DNA of 64,000 nucleotides from Alloascoidea hylecoeti. Its lineage: Eukaryota. The position numbers and the translations under genes are program-made. Below, piece by piece: positions 10,521-21,765 of this stretch. Numbering within the stretch: position 1 is the first letter of the stretch; every line of letters starts with the position of its first letter. A model generated the notes under the pieces. It worked only from the letters and a program-made list of their open reading frames with translations. It did no database searches and was not told the DNA's origin. The stretch lies in NCBI GenBank assembly GCA_001600815.1, contig BCKZ01000001.1:1645389-1709388 (forward strand). The letters are read 5' to 3'.

Positions 10521-11549
10521 ATGAAACTGCCAAAGGGCCTACATCTAACCGCAAACCATTGTCCTGTGACAAAACTCACTCCGCCCGTCACAACTGCCCG
10601 GGACTTAAGGGGTCCGGTGGCTCCTATTGCTTCCGTTTTATATTCCATGAGAAATTTTCCCACCCCCGCAGTGTATAAATGTGAGTACTTTAATTTAAGA
10701 TTCTATCCTCCAGAACATCCATTAGGTGCTGCTCGAAAATCAAAACCATCTGTTTTTATCCTTTTTAATAAAGAAAATCCTGGTAACACTCTTAATTCTA
10801 ATTTCAATAAATCAATCTTAAAAGAATCGGTAAAAACTAAAAAACATTCAAACTCTGAAAATGAACATCCAACAAAATATGCAATTTGGAGATCAACATT
10901 AAAACAGCGTTTAAAACATATTTTTTGGTCAACTTTTTTAAAATATCAATTGAATGCTCCTGATGGCGTTTATCAATTTCATACCGGTTATGTTCCAATA
11001 AAGCAGGATACTGAATCTTATCATAAACATATGGATAATGCTTTAAAATCTATAATTAATACAACAACTTTTAAAACTTATGAAATGGATAAGTTTATAT
11101 CCTCAACAAATAAATGTGCAAGCCTATCAACTATTTCACGTTTTTTAGAAATTGCTAGCTTACCTGGAATTGATTGGGATTCTTCTAAAAGATCTTATCA
11201 ATTATCAACAATATATGATAATTATCAAAACCAAAATAATAATGATGATGTTTCAAATTTCTCATTATCTGATATACTAAAAAAAAATAATGATGTTTCT
11301 TTTCAAAAAGAATATTTTTTAAAAACTCCAATTAATAATTATTATAAGAAACATATAAAATCAACAATTTCAGCAAAATCTACTTTTTCGAATTCTTCAA
11401 TTAGGTCCAATAGGGGTTCAAATCAAAGTACAAATCTTAAAAGAAATCCAACTTCAAAATTTATTCAGAATTCCAAATCGAGTAATTATAAATCGAAAAC
11501 TCCAAAAATATCATCCAAATATGATAAAGCTGTAGAACCAAAAATATAA
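10521..11549 (+). CDS. Hypothetical basic protein (342 aa), possibly mitochondrial
   Basis: Long ORF. The track's 10437 start is TTG; first ATG is 10521. Lys/Ser-rich; no confident family. Confidence 0.65.
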   Translation: MKLPKGLHLTANHCPVTKLTPPVTTARDLRGPVAPIASVLYSMRNFPTPAVYKCEYFNLRFYPPEHPLGAARKSKPSVFILFNKENPGNTLNSNFNKSILKESVKTKKHSNSENEHPTKYAIWRSTLKQRLKHIFWSTFLKYQLNAPDGVYQFHTGYVPIKQDTESYHKHMDNALKSIINTTTFKTYEMDKFISSTNKCASLSTISRFLEIASLPGIDWDSSKRSYQLSTIYDNYQNQNNNDDVSNFSLSDILKKNNDVSFQKEYFLKTPINNYYKKHIKSTISAKSTFSNSSIRSNRGSNQSTNLKRNPTSKFIQNSKSSNYKSKTPKISSKYDKAVEPKI

Positions 11550-12478
11550 GCATGAATATCTAGGTTATATTATTATATAGTTTTCAATCTATTAACGATT
11601 AGCATAAAAATGGCATCAAAATATAAAGATTTTGTCAAGCGAAGAAGTCAGATGGGCAATGGAAAAAGACTTCTAGGTATTTGATTTTTTAATATTTACA
11701 TCTTAAGCTAATCATATAATTATAGCTAGGTGGGTGTACGTTATCTTAGATTTTACTATACTTTAAATTTAGATCTGGAGAAATATATCTATACCTCTAC
11801 CTTTTATTTAACATTTATGTAACAATATATCATATATTGCGATAGGACAGATTGATACATACCTCCCCCGCAAGTTCAAGACCTTCAATTGTATGTAACT
11901 GGTAAATATCCGTAAGTGTGCCCATATGAAAAAAAGAATCTCAAGTATTAATATTTGTCATGGAGAGAGTTGAAGTAACTGGTATTTTTAAGCGGCTATA
12001 GCTAGGAACTGGAAATTACAACTTTGACTATTACAATTAGTCATGGGAGTGACGAAACTACTTTTATTCAAGAGGCTAAATATACGTGTATAAAATTCAA
12101 ATTATTAACTTTATAAACAGCTTGAACGAATATGCCTCCCAAACGGCCTAACATTAGTCTCTCACGTGGCCGAATAAATACTTAACTTATAGCCTAAATA
12201 ATTAAGTAGAATGACCATGTAATAGTTTTAAACTAACAAATTAGGATTCAGTATATCAGAATAATCAGTATGAGCTTTAAAAGTACCAATGATGTAAATA
12301 AATTGTTCAAGGCACTGACTCAGTGATCCTATGATGTATTGGTATATGCACCTCTTCACCGATGGCATGGCCAATTACCACACTTCCATAATGTAACAAC
12401 TAAACTTCACAACCATCAAACCAAAATATTGCAAAATTGCAACAGTTACATTAACATTACTTTATATATAATATTAAT

Positions 12479-12888
12479 ATGCGACCTACACTCTTTTATT
12501 TACAAAAAAACATTGGAATAACTTTTTTCACACGCGCTCGATGTGGTTTATGCTTCAACGCCAAAGATATACTTTTCCAAAGTCTGAAAAAATTTGAAAC
12601 TCCTATAAACTATAAAGAAGTCGATATTGATTTACCTGAAAATAAAGAATGGTTTGATAAATATGTAAGTTATTTTTTTTTTTTTTTTTTTGATAAACAT
12701 TACAAGTAAAATTCAAACTCAAATGGGTTCCGTTAAAGACGTTTTATGTGGATTATTAATTTATATTATAGTGTTATGATGTCCCAGTGATACACATTGA
12801 TAAACCAACTAGCACTTCTTCAAAACCAGTTAAATTTATGCATTATGTTACCGAAGATGAGATATTAGCTGAGCTAAACAAAAACTAA
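12479..12888 (+). CDS. MGP12: Glutaredoxin-like protein (YDR286C/Mgp12 family); exons 12479-12664, 12772-12888
   Basis: CGLC motif. Splicing GTAAGT(12665)...TAG(12771) restores WFDKY-CYDVPVIHI...KFMH. Confidence 0.85.
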
Positions 12889-13889
12889 TAGTGGTAATAA
12901 TTATCTATCCCGTTAATTATAAATTGATGGATCGTTGAGACTTGAAACTTATGAATTGAATGGTTTTTACATAATGATTTATACATGGTGCATAATCTCT
13001 CTTATTTTGATAGCTATAACATTATTAATAGATCATAAAATACCTTATTTTAACGTATACTATAAGCTTATATGTGAAACCTTTGAATTTTCTGTGACCA
13101 ATTCAAATTTATTCTTTTAAACGTAATATAATACTGCAGTATAAAGTGTTATAATTAGGATGGCCAGTTGTGACTGCAAATAGTTTGAAACCCCATAGTA
13201 GTTACAGTTAAAAGACATAAGCCTTATAAGCCTTATTGATATCGATATATCAGTTTTGTAATTGATAGCAATAGATCAATATAACTAATTAATTTAAAAA
13301 TCACTTTAACTGCTATAATAAGGTATGGTACTTCTTATAACTATAATGTCTCAACCCCCATTCCTTCTAAGCTTCTTGACATAAACAGTAAGCCTGAGAG
13401 CAGAGTATATTAACCTAAAAGAGTAATTCTATTACTGTAAATAAACATGTAAGACATTAATTTTAGGGTAATTATTATGTTTTGACAGAAGTACTCGATT
13501 TCAAACGGTTCTAGATTGAAACGTAATTAATGTTTGGAATGAAATATTTACTATTAAATTTACACAAAGCATGAAAGAAAAATGGACTATAATTTTTTTG
13601 GTTTTCTCTTGTTGTTACGAGCAAATGGATGAAGAGATGTTAATGGCTGACTGCCTTCGAACTTCATAATACATTTTTCGATCTTTTGATATTTATTCTT
13701 TAATTTGCTATTGATATACTATAAAACTATTTTCCAAACATTTTAATATTTGTTTATTACAAGATTTTTATATTGAAAGAATCATTTTAATTAATTATTG
13801 TTTATACAAATCTATCAAAAGAATCCCATCTATCTATAATTAATACCATAATTAACGAAATTAAATATACAATAAATTAATCAAATATA

Positions 13890-14903
13890 ATGGCCAGTTC
13901 ACTTAAAAGGTTAACATTTGGACTTTCTCGGTTCTCAATAGTTGAGAAATTTCATTCATATCATGGATTTGATTGGATTTTAGCAGTTACATTATCATTA
14001 GTTATACTATTATTAGAAAATTCACCACCATTTTATAGACAATTTTCATTAAATGATATGACTATATCACATCCTTTTGCACATGAAGAACGTGTTCCTA
14101 ATGTTTTATGTCTTGTATGTTTTTAAAAATTATTATTTTTTCTATATATAAAAGATGGATTTTTTTACTAACTTCAATATTTTTATTATCATGAAATTTA
14201 GGAAATAGCAGAAGGAGCACCATTTATTGTTATAATTCTATTATCATTAGTATTAGGAGAGAAAGGCGAAAGGGCGCGCTTATTACATGTTTCATTACTA
14301 GGACTATTTGTTTCATTTTCAGTAAATGGATTCTTAACAGATACTTTAAAAAATTGGATTGGAAGGCCAAGACCCGATTTCTTAGAAAGATGTATACCAG
14401 CAGAAGGTACACCAATCGATAAACTTGTTACGGTTGATGTTTGTACACAGAAGAACTTGGCATTGCTAGCAGATGGATTTAGAAGTACACCATCGGGACA
14501 TTCATCAACAAGTTTCCAAGGATTATTTTATTTAACGTTATGGCTATGTGGACAATTATTGGCATTTACAAAAGGAGTTGAGTATTATAGGTTGTTTATT
14601 GCGGCATTACCCACATTAGGAGCAATGCTTATTGCAATTTCAAGAACAGAGGACTATCGACATCATTTCGTGGATGTTATTCTTGGAAGTACATTAGGAT
14701 CGTTGGTGGCTTGGATAACGTATCGGAAATACTTTCCTTCCATTTTCGCGGGAAGGTCGTATGTTCCGCATCCAAGTCCAACGTACTACCACGATGATCT
14801 TGAGTATGGGACGGAGGATCCTGAAAGAGGAGATTATGAGTTGGCAAGAGATTTGGAGGAGTCAGTGGCCACGCCAGAGACACGGGAAGGATCTGAGGTC
14901 TGA
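13890..14903 (+). CDS. DPP1: PAP2-family lipid phosphate phosphatase (Dpp1-like), copy A; exons 13890-14114, 14202-14903
   Basis: Intron GTATGT...TACTAAC...TAG; motifs KNWIGRPRPDF, PSGH, SRTEDYRHHFVD. Confidence 0.9.
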
Positions 14904-15194
14904 GGAATAGATATTTATATACTGTACTGTTTCCAAGAAGAGCAATTTTGAAAGTTTTGAGTGAGAAGAGATTATATATAATTATACTTTTGACCCCCGT
15001 GATCGAGGCAGGCCAATCAGCTTAGTTCGGTGAGACAGCGTATTTCATTTTGTGGCAGTGGTTTGGAGGAAGGGTGTATGCACAGCCTCTTATTTGCATT
15101 TGCAATATATACGACGCAATCTGTCAGGCCCTGTTTCCAGTGTTCCCTGCCCGTCCCCCTGCTCCGCCCCCCCCGCCCCCCCGTCCAAACACAA

Positions 15195-16262
15195 ATGTCC
15201 TTTCCCGAAGGAAATTTCCCCACGCGAAGGCTCACTTTCGGCCTCCACAAGTCCAAAGCCGTTCGTGTATTCCACTTCTACCACGGCTTCGACTGGCTGT
15301 GCGCAATAATCCTCCTCATCATCGTGGGCATCATCTACAAAGTCGACATTTCTCCCTATCATCGGGAGTTTGCTCTGAGTGACACCTCCATTGCCCATTC
15401 CATGAAAAAAGACACCATCTCCTTGACTCTGTGTGGTGTATGTCCATTTTCCTTTCTCTTTTTGTCCAGGTACTAACATCCCTCTTTCCAGATCCTGGCT
15501 GAGCTCATACCCTTGGGCGTCATCATTGTGGGCTCACTGCTGCTACAGGAAGATAAAGGCCGGTACCATCTTTTACACGTCTCGGTACTCGGTCTCGTTA
15601 TGTCCTGTGCCGTCAACCAGGTCATTACAAATGTCGTGAAAAATTGGATAGGGAGACCCCGTCCTGATTTTCTGTCCCGCTGCATTCCAGACGTAGCTGG
15701 AATAACCTCCACTGACAATGTATCTATATATGAAAAAATGTACAACGCTACTATATGTTCCCAAACAGATCAATCGTTAATCAATGAAGGTTATAGAAGC
15801 TGTCCTTCAGGCCATTCTTCAACTGCTTTTCAGGGCTTTTTCTATCTTACCATTTGGTTATGTGGTCAACTATTAACTTTTGGTCCAGGTGTTGAGTATT
15901 TCAGATTGGTTATTGCTGCTTTACCAACAGGCGCGGCTCTATATATCGCAATTACACGAACTGAGAATTATAAACACCATGTTACTGATGTTATAGCTGG
16001 TGCCTTATTAGGTACTTTGGTTTCATGGCTAACTTATAGGAAATTCTTCCCTTCGATTTTTAGTAAAAGATGTTATGCTGCATATGATCCACCAAGCTAT
16101 GATACTTATAATGAAGTGCCGGAATTTGAAAATGAAATCTCAGGTCATGATTTTTTATCTAGAAGGACTACAAGACAAGCTGATGATATTGAAATGAGTA
16201 TTCAATCAACTCAGCGTACCGATCGTGCGTATTATTCTCGTCCAAGTAGTAATCGAACTTGA
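15195..16262 (+). CDS. PAP2-family lipid phosphate phosphatase (Dpp1-like), copy B; exons 15195-15437, 15492-16262
   Basis: Intron GTATGT...TACTAAC...CAG at the same position and phase as copy A; KNWIGRPRPDF, PSGH, TRTENYKHHVTD. Confidence 0.9.
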
Positions 16263-16939
16263 GCATTAGTTTTCTTTTTTTTTGACCTTAATTCAGTTTT
16301 TGATTACTTTTAATTAATTTTTAATTAATCTAATTATAATCAAAGATGGTTTTGAATCAAAAATGGTGCGATCTCTCTCTCTATTAGAGCTAGTTGAGAA
16401 ACATGAAACATGCTATGTGCAGGCCAATTACTAACTATTTTCTTTTTTATACATTTAAGACACAAAAGGACTATTACCACCATCACCCTCAGGGCCTAGC
16501 ACGAGTTTCGAACGTTAACCAATTCTAGATCGTACCATTAAAATTAAAATTAAAATTGATATTTTAGAGAAAGGTTTGTAACTGAATCATCATATAACCA
16601 CTTATTTATACTAATGGTTGTGCAGATAGTATATTTTAGATATCTGTTATCTGTTATTAGGTTATGTATGTTTTGTTTAACCCAAACTTGTTTTTGGAAA
16701 TTGAAGTTGTTTCTTTTTTAATGTTACTGTAAATGATTTTTCACACTACCTATTTATTTTTATAAAATTTAAAGTAATCGGCCTTCTCGATGTTTTCTAT
16801 TAATATTTGTATTGTTATTTTTGTTTTTCTATTTTGTGGAGTTAAGTTACCCTGTTTTGATCCCTAAACTATTGTAAACGTAAATATTCATCTCTTATCT
16901 CAACTCAATTTTAGTAATTTTTTATATTCTTCATACAAA

Positions 16940-18509
16940 ATGTCTTCATCGGACTTACTTAATATACTTGAATCAAATCCTTTATTTTCAAAAACTCGTC
17001 TTCCATCTTTGTATTCTGATTTCAGAAAACTAAAAATCTCAAATGTCGATGGTTTTAATGCAAATTTAAATGCTTGGAAATCCCTACTACTTAAATCTTT
17101 AGAAAAAGGAGCTTTTAAAGATAAATTACAATTAACTGCTGATAATGAATTGGTTCATAGTTTACAATTACCTGGTGTCGGTATACCTCTAGCTATAGAT
17201 TGTGTTTTGGTAAGTAAAACAAATCATCATAATAACGAATCATCTAAATTAAACTTGCTAACTAATTTTCTTTTTTTAGGAAGAAATGGTAAATCAAGGG
17301 ATATTAATACCTTCTAAAACTTTTACTACACAAACATCATCAATATATTCAACAAGTTGGTTTTCCCCTTTATCTATCTTATCATGGACCATCAATAGAT
17401 TAAATATTTATGATACATCATTTAAATCAACAGATCGAAAAGGTAAATTAAAATTTGAAAAATATATTTATAAATCAAAACTTGAAGATACTTCTCAATT
17501 TATTTTAGATATAATTCATAAAAATGATAATGATAATGATAATGATAATGGTAATGGATATTCAAAATATATCTTTACTAAAAAACAATTTCAAAAAAAA
17601 ATTAATTCTTTTTTAAACTTAAATCTATCAAATGATGATTTAAATTGCTTAATTATTTATTTATATAGAGATTTAAGAGAAATTTCAATATCATCAATAA
17701 ATTTTAAAAAATTAATTAATAATGATATTAATAATGAAGAATCATTAATTATAAAATTTAAATCGTCATCAACAAAAGATCAAAATCAAATTCAAAATCA
17801 ATTAATAAATGAAGAAGATAAAACAATAGCACTTATTAAAACAAATATTTCATCATTAGAAATTAAAATTAATTCATTAAATTTAAAAATTCAAAATATT
17901 AATGATAAATTAAAACAATCATTATTATCAAAAAATCGGCAATTATCAAAAATTTATTTAAAATCAAAAAAATTATATCAAGGAACATTATTAAAAAATT
18001 TAGATTCATTAAATAAATTACAAGAAATTTTAATTAAAATTGATGATGCAAATTCAAATATTGAAATGTTTAATATTTTAGAAAAAAGTAGTAATACTTT
18101 ATCTTCATTAAATAAAAAATTATCAATTGATAAAATTGATAATTTAGTTGATGGATTAAATGAACAAATTGATGATGTTGAACAAGTTAGTCAAGCTTTA
18201 CAACAACATGTTGGTGGTAATGAAAATATTATTGATGATGATGAAATTGAAAATGAATTGGCTGATTTATTAAAACAAGAAAAAGATACTGTTACCACCG
18301 GTACTTCTGAATCAAATGTTGATGATTTGATTGCCTCTCTTGATAAATTATCAGTTACTGATTTACCTAAACCACATACAGTTATCACAACTGATGGAAA
18401 TTCAGAAAATGAAGAGTTTGTTGATGCTTTAGATATAAAAGATACTGAGCCTTCTTTGGAAAAGAAACAAGCAGAGAAAGAAAAATCTAATGCTATTTTG
18501 GAAAGTTGA
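16940..18509 (+). CDS. CHM7: ESCRT-II/III hybrid Chm7 (CHMP7); exons 16940-17209, 17280-18509
   Basis: N-terminal RLPSLYSDF...N.DGFNAN...W; C-terminal Snf7-like coiled coil ending DDDEIENELADL. GTAAGT...TAG intron joins the two ORFs in frame. Confidence 0.88.
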
Positions 18510-18593
18510 AACACAATATAAATTTAAATATTAGCGTCCATATATAACTATGAAATATAATATCCTTTCATATAACATAAAAAAACTTAAGGC

Positions 18594-20350
18594 TCAAGTA
18601 TTATTAATGAACACAGCGTCTCGACATAAAACCGTAACTTTTTTAAAAAATTTCCTCCATTCTAAAGGATCACCTTTTGTCTTCTCAAATTCAACTTTAT
18701 ATAAAATAACATTATCATCTTGTTCATCATCAACCTCTTCTTCATAAGTTTTATTTTCAGGTTTTGATTCTTCCTGTGTGATTAATATATGACCCATTAA
18801 TGGCATTCTTCTTGAATCTGTACATTTAATTTTTAAAATAACATGATTATTTAATCTAATATTATGTATCTGTTGAGTTGAATATTTTGATGTTGGTACA
18901 CCAAGTCTATTTAATGCATCACTTATTAAAGGTACAATTGATTCAATTGGCATGGTTGTGAAAAATCTTGTTAATCTACTGAAAAGTTTAAAATTTTTAT
19001 TTTTGTTTAAATTTTCAATTAATTGATCCTTAACATGTTTTTTATGAATTTTACTTCTTTTTGTTGAATCATTAATAAATTGTAATTGAGAAGGATCTGA
19101 TGAAATAATTTCAAATGCTATTTCTTCTTTTGTTCTTTTTATTCGTTTTTGTCTTTTGGAAACTGGTTCATATATTTGAGATGCTGATAAATGATGTTGT
19201 GGTAAATCATCAACAAAAGTTGCCATATCTGTTATTGGTTGGGTCATAGAATATGGAGTTGAATCTGAATCAACCTTAGTAGCATATTGACTAGTATTGA
19301 GATTTAAAGGAGCTTGTGAATAAATACTTGTAGTTGCCTCTTCAAATGAATCAAAATCAATCTGTAATCCTACTAATAAACGAGTTGTTAATTCAATTGG
19401 ATCCTTACATAAACCTTTCTTAGATAATAAAGTATTATCGCGATTAAACCATGGGTGTTTTCTAACATCATCAATTTTAAATCTTTTTTCAGGATCAAGT
19501 TTTAACATTCCTCTAAGTAAAGATAACACTGGTAATGGTAATATTGACCAAGGATGTTCTAAAGTTTTACCGCCTTGTTGTACAAATCTTTTAAAATCAG
19601 GATCACAATCCAATGGTTCATCCCATGGTGTTATCCCACACATTAAAACAAATAAAATGACCCCACAACTCCAAACATCAGCAATATCAGGAGCATAAGA
19701 ACCTTTAATAACTTCAGGTGCAATATATGGTGGACTACCACACATTGTATGACATTTTCTTCTTTTCCCACTTTTTGAATGGCGAAATAATGCTGCTAAA
19801 CCAAAATCTCCAATTTTTAAATTCCCACCATTATCAAGAAATATATTCTCTGGTTTTAAATCTCGATGTGCAACGCCTCTAGCATGTATAAAATCAACAG
19901 CGGAAATTAATTGTTTAAAATAAAAATGAGCAATTTCTTCTTCTATACCAACATCAGGTTCAATTTTATCAAATAAATCACCCCCTGTTGCTAATTCCAT
20001 GGCGATCCATCTCCAATTGATATCCTCTCCAGTATCCATGAACGCAATGACATTGGGATGAGGTGAGCAGTGTTTATGTAAAACTGCCTCTTTTGCTATA
20101 TCCTTGGGAGATAATCCACATTGTTTGGCTATTCGCTTATTAATACATTTGATAGCGATGATTACAGGTTCTTGTAACGGATCTATTTTCACTCTTCCTG
20201 CTTTTATTCTAAAAAAAGGTCAGCTCATATTAATTAACCCAAATAAATATTAATAGTTACTAACAGTGCAAAAGATCCTTGTCCTATCGTTATTCCATAT
20301 TCATTGCCTGGCAATTTTGGTAGAGGGTCTAATTGTGATAAGCGACACAT
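18594..20350 (-). CDS. CHK1: Checkpoint kinase Chk1; exons 20350-20265, 20208-18594
   Basis: A 56-nt intron (GTTAGT...GCTGAC...TAG) restores the Gly loop IGQGSFA. Also [23 protein letters not shown], and the KA1 tail RLTRFF...[13 protein letters not shown]. Confidence 0.93.
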
Positions 20351-20419
20351 CTCTAAAATCAACAACGGCAGAATAAAAAGAAAATTTTAAAAAGTACCGG
20401 TGTTTATATAATCAATGTT

Positions 20420-20454
20420 TTTCGCGTTTGTTTCGTGATTAAAGTTGTTCGCGT
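20420..20454 (-). promoter_or_regulatory. Cluster of SCB/MCB-like G1/S elements upstream of CHK1
   Basis: Minus-strand ACGCGAAA (about 20420-20427), CACGAAA (20431-20437) and ACGCGA (20449-20454), 70-105 bp upstream of the ATG. Confidence 0.55.
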
Positions 20455-20632
20455 GTTGACATGGCAACAAAAAAAACTAATCAATCATTTCTCAGTGACT
20501 ACGGCGCCATTTCATCGATATCGATTGCTTGATAAAATGAGCAACAGATGCCAGAGAGTTGAAGTTTGTTTTTTTCAATCGCTGCGCTCGGTAGGCTGGA
20601 TTCCGGGAAATTATAAAAATAACAAAAAGTCA

Positions 20633-20704
20633 AGGCCAAAACCGGATTCGAACCGATAACCTAAGGACTTGCAATCCCACGCGCTGCCATTGCGCCATTT
20701 GGCC
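20633..20704 (-). tRNA. tRNA-Cys (GCA), intronless
   Basis: GGCCAAA/TTTGGCC acceptor stem, GCGC D-stem, anticodon loop TTGCAAG, T-arm ATCGG-TTCGAAT-CCGGT, U73 discriminator, downstream T5 terminator. Confidence 0.93.
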
Positions 20705-20964
20705 CAGAAGATATCTAGGAAGGTGAAATAGTTAGTCTGCTCTCCTCTGAAAGCGGAAATAAGTCTGAGAATGAGTTAAATCATCGGTCTTACCAGTCTT
20801 GATGGATTCAAGTAAGAAACCTTCAGATGGATTGTCCGGATCGTTGAATTCCGTATCGACTAATTTTGTTTAGCTAGTCACATCCTTCAAAAAAGCTAGT
20901 ACCGAACAGTACACTATCCATTTGAAGGATGTTACTAACTTCATTGTGACATTAGAGAATCCAT

Positions 20965-21520
20965 TGTTTGAAAAAATTAAAATCAAAGATCCCTAATTAA
21001 TAAAAATAACAAGGAGAAAACTTTGGATACTATTGAAAAAATATCAAGAATAAATTGCAGTCCCACTTTAAATAAACCTGGGATGATTATTGATAAGAAT
21101 CATATGGAATTATTTATCTCATATTCCAAAAACACATCTAACCACATACCAGAATAATATCAATATAAGGTCCTTATAAGGTACACCCCAGAAGTATAAA
21201 TCAAGAGGTCAATTATTCATTACATTAAATAGACATTTACAAACCTATAAGGAAACTAGTTTCATTACTGATGGAGATTACAACTGTGTTCTCGATCCGA
21301 TATTGGATACGTATACCGTATACAACAGATAGTAGTGTAGATATATTAATAGATTTAAAAAACAATCACAATTTAGAATATTCCTTTAGAGTTAGATATC
21401 CTCATTCAAGGGAATGGACAAATATTCCTTCCCCAAATGTCGACTCAAAATATCATAAAAAAGGTAAACCTCTTGGATATCTTATTATCTTATCTGTAAG
21501 AATCAATGATTTAAAAGCTT
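20965..21520 (+). mobile_element. Decayed L1-type (Zorro-like) non-LTR retrotransposon, APE endonuclease remnant
   Basis: Across frameshifts and stops: RIISI*GP (cf. NIYAP), FITDGDYNCVLDPILD (cf. GDFN), LEYSFRVRYPHSREWT, and an LDI block (cf. RLDY). Confidence 0.7.
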
Positions 21521-21765
21521 AAGGAATCTATGTATTTTGTAATTCCAAATATTAATGGATACATGCTATTATATGAATTTTGATTATGAGTTGTTTTATA
21601 ATGAACATCTATACCAAAGAATTTAGATTTATAACATAATATTATTAAAGGGCGAGTTAGTTACAATTGTACAAATAGATATCTTTAGCTGGGTAAACTG
21701 ATATATTAATTATTTGTTTGAGCTGTTTTCTTTTTATAGTTATAATTAATCCTTTTGTTTTTTAT

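Noticed and set aside
11610..11766. Possible tiny spliced ORF (MASKYKDFVKRR...)
   Set aside because: Weak donor (GTATTT), about 35 aa, no recognisable homology.
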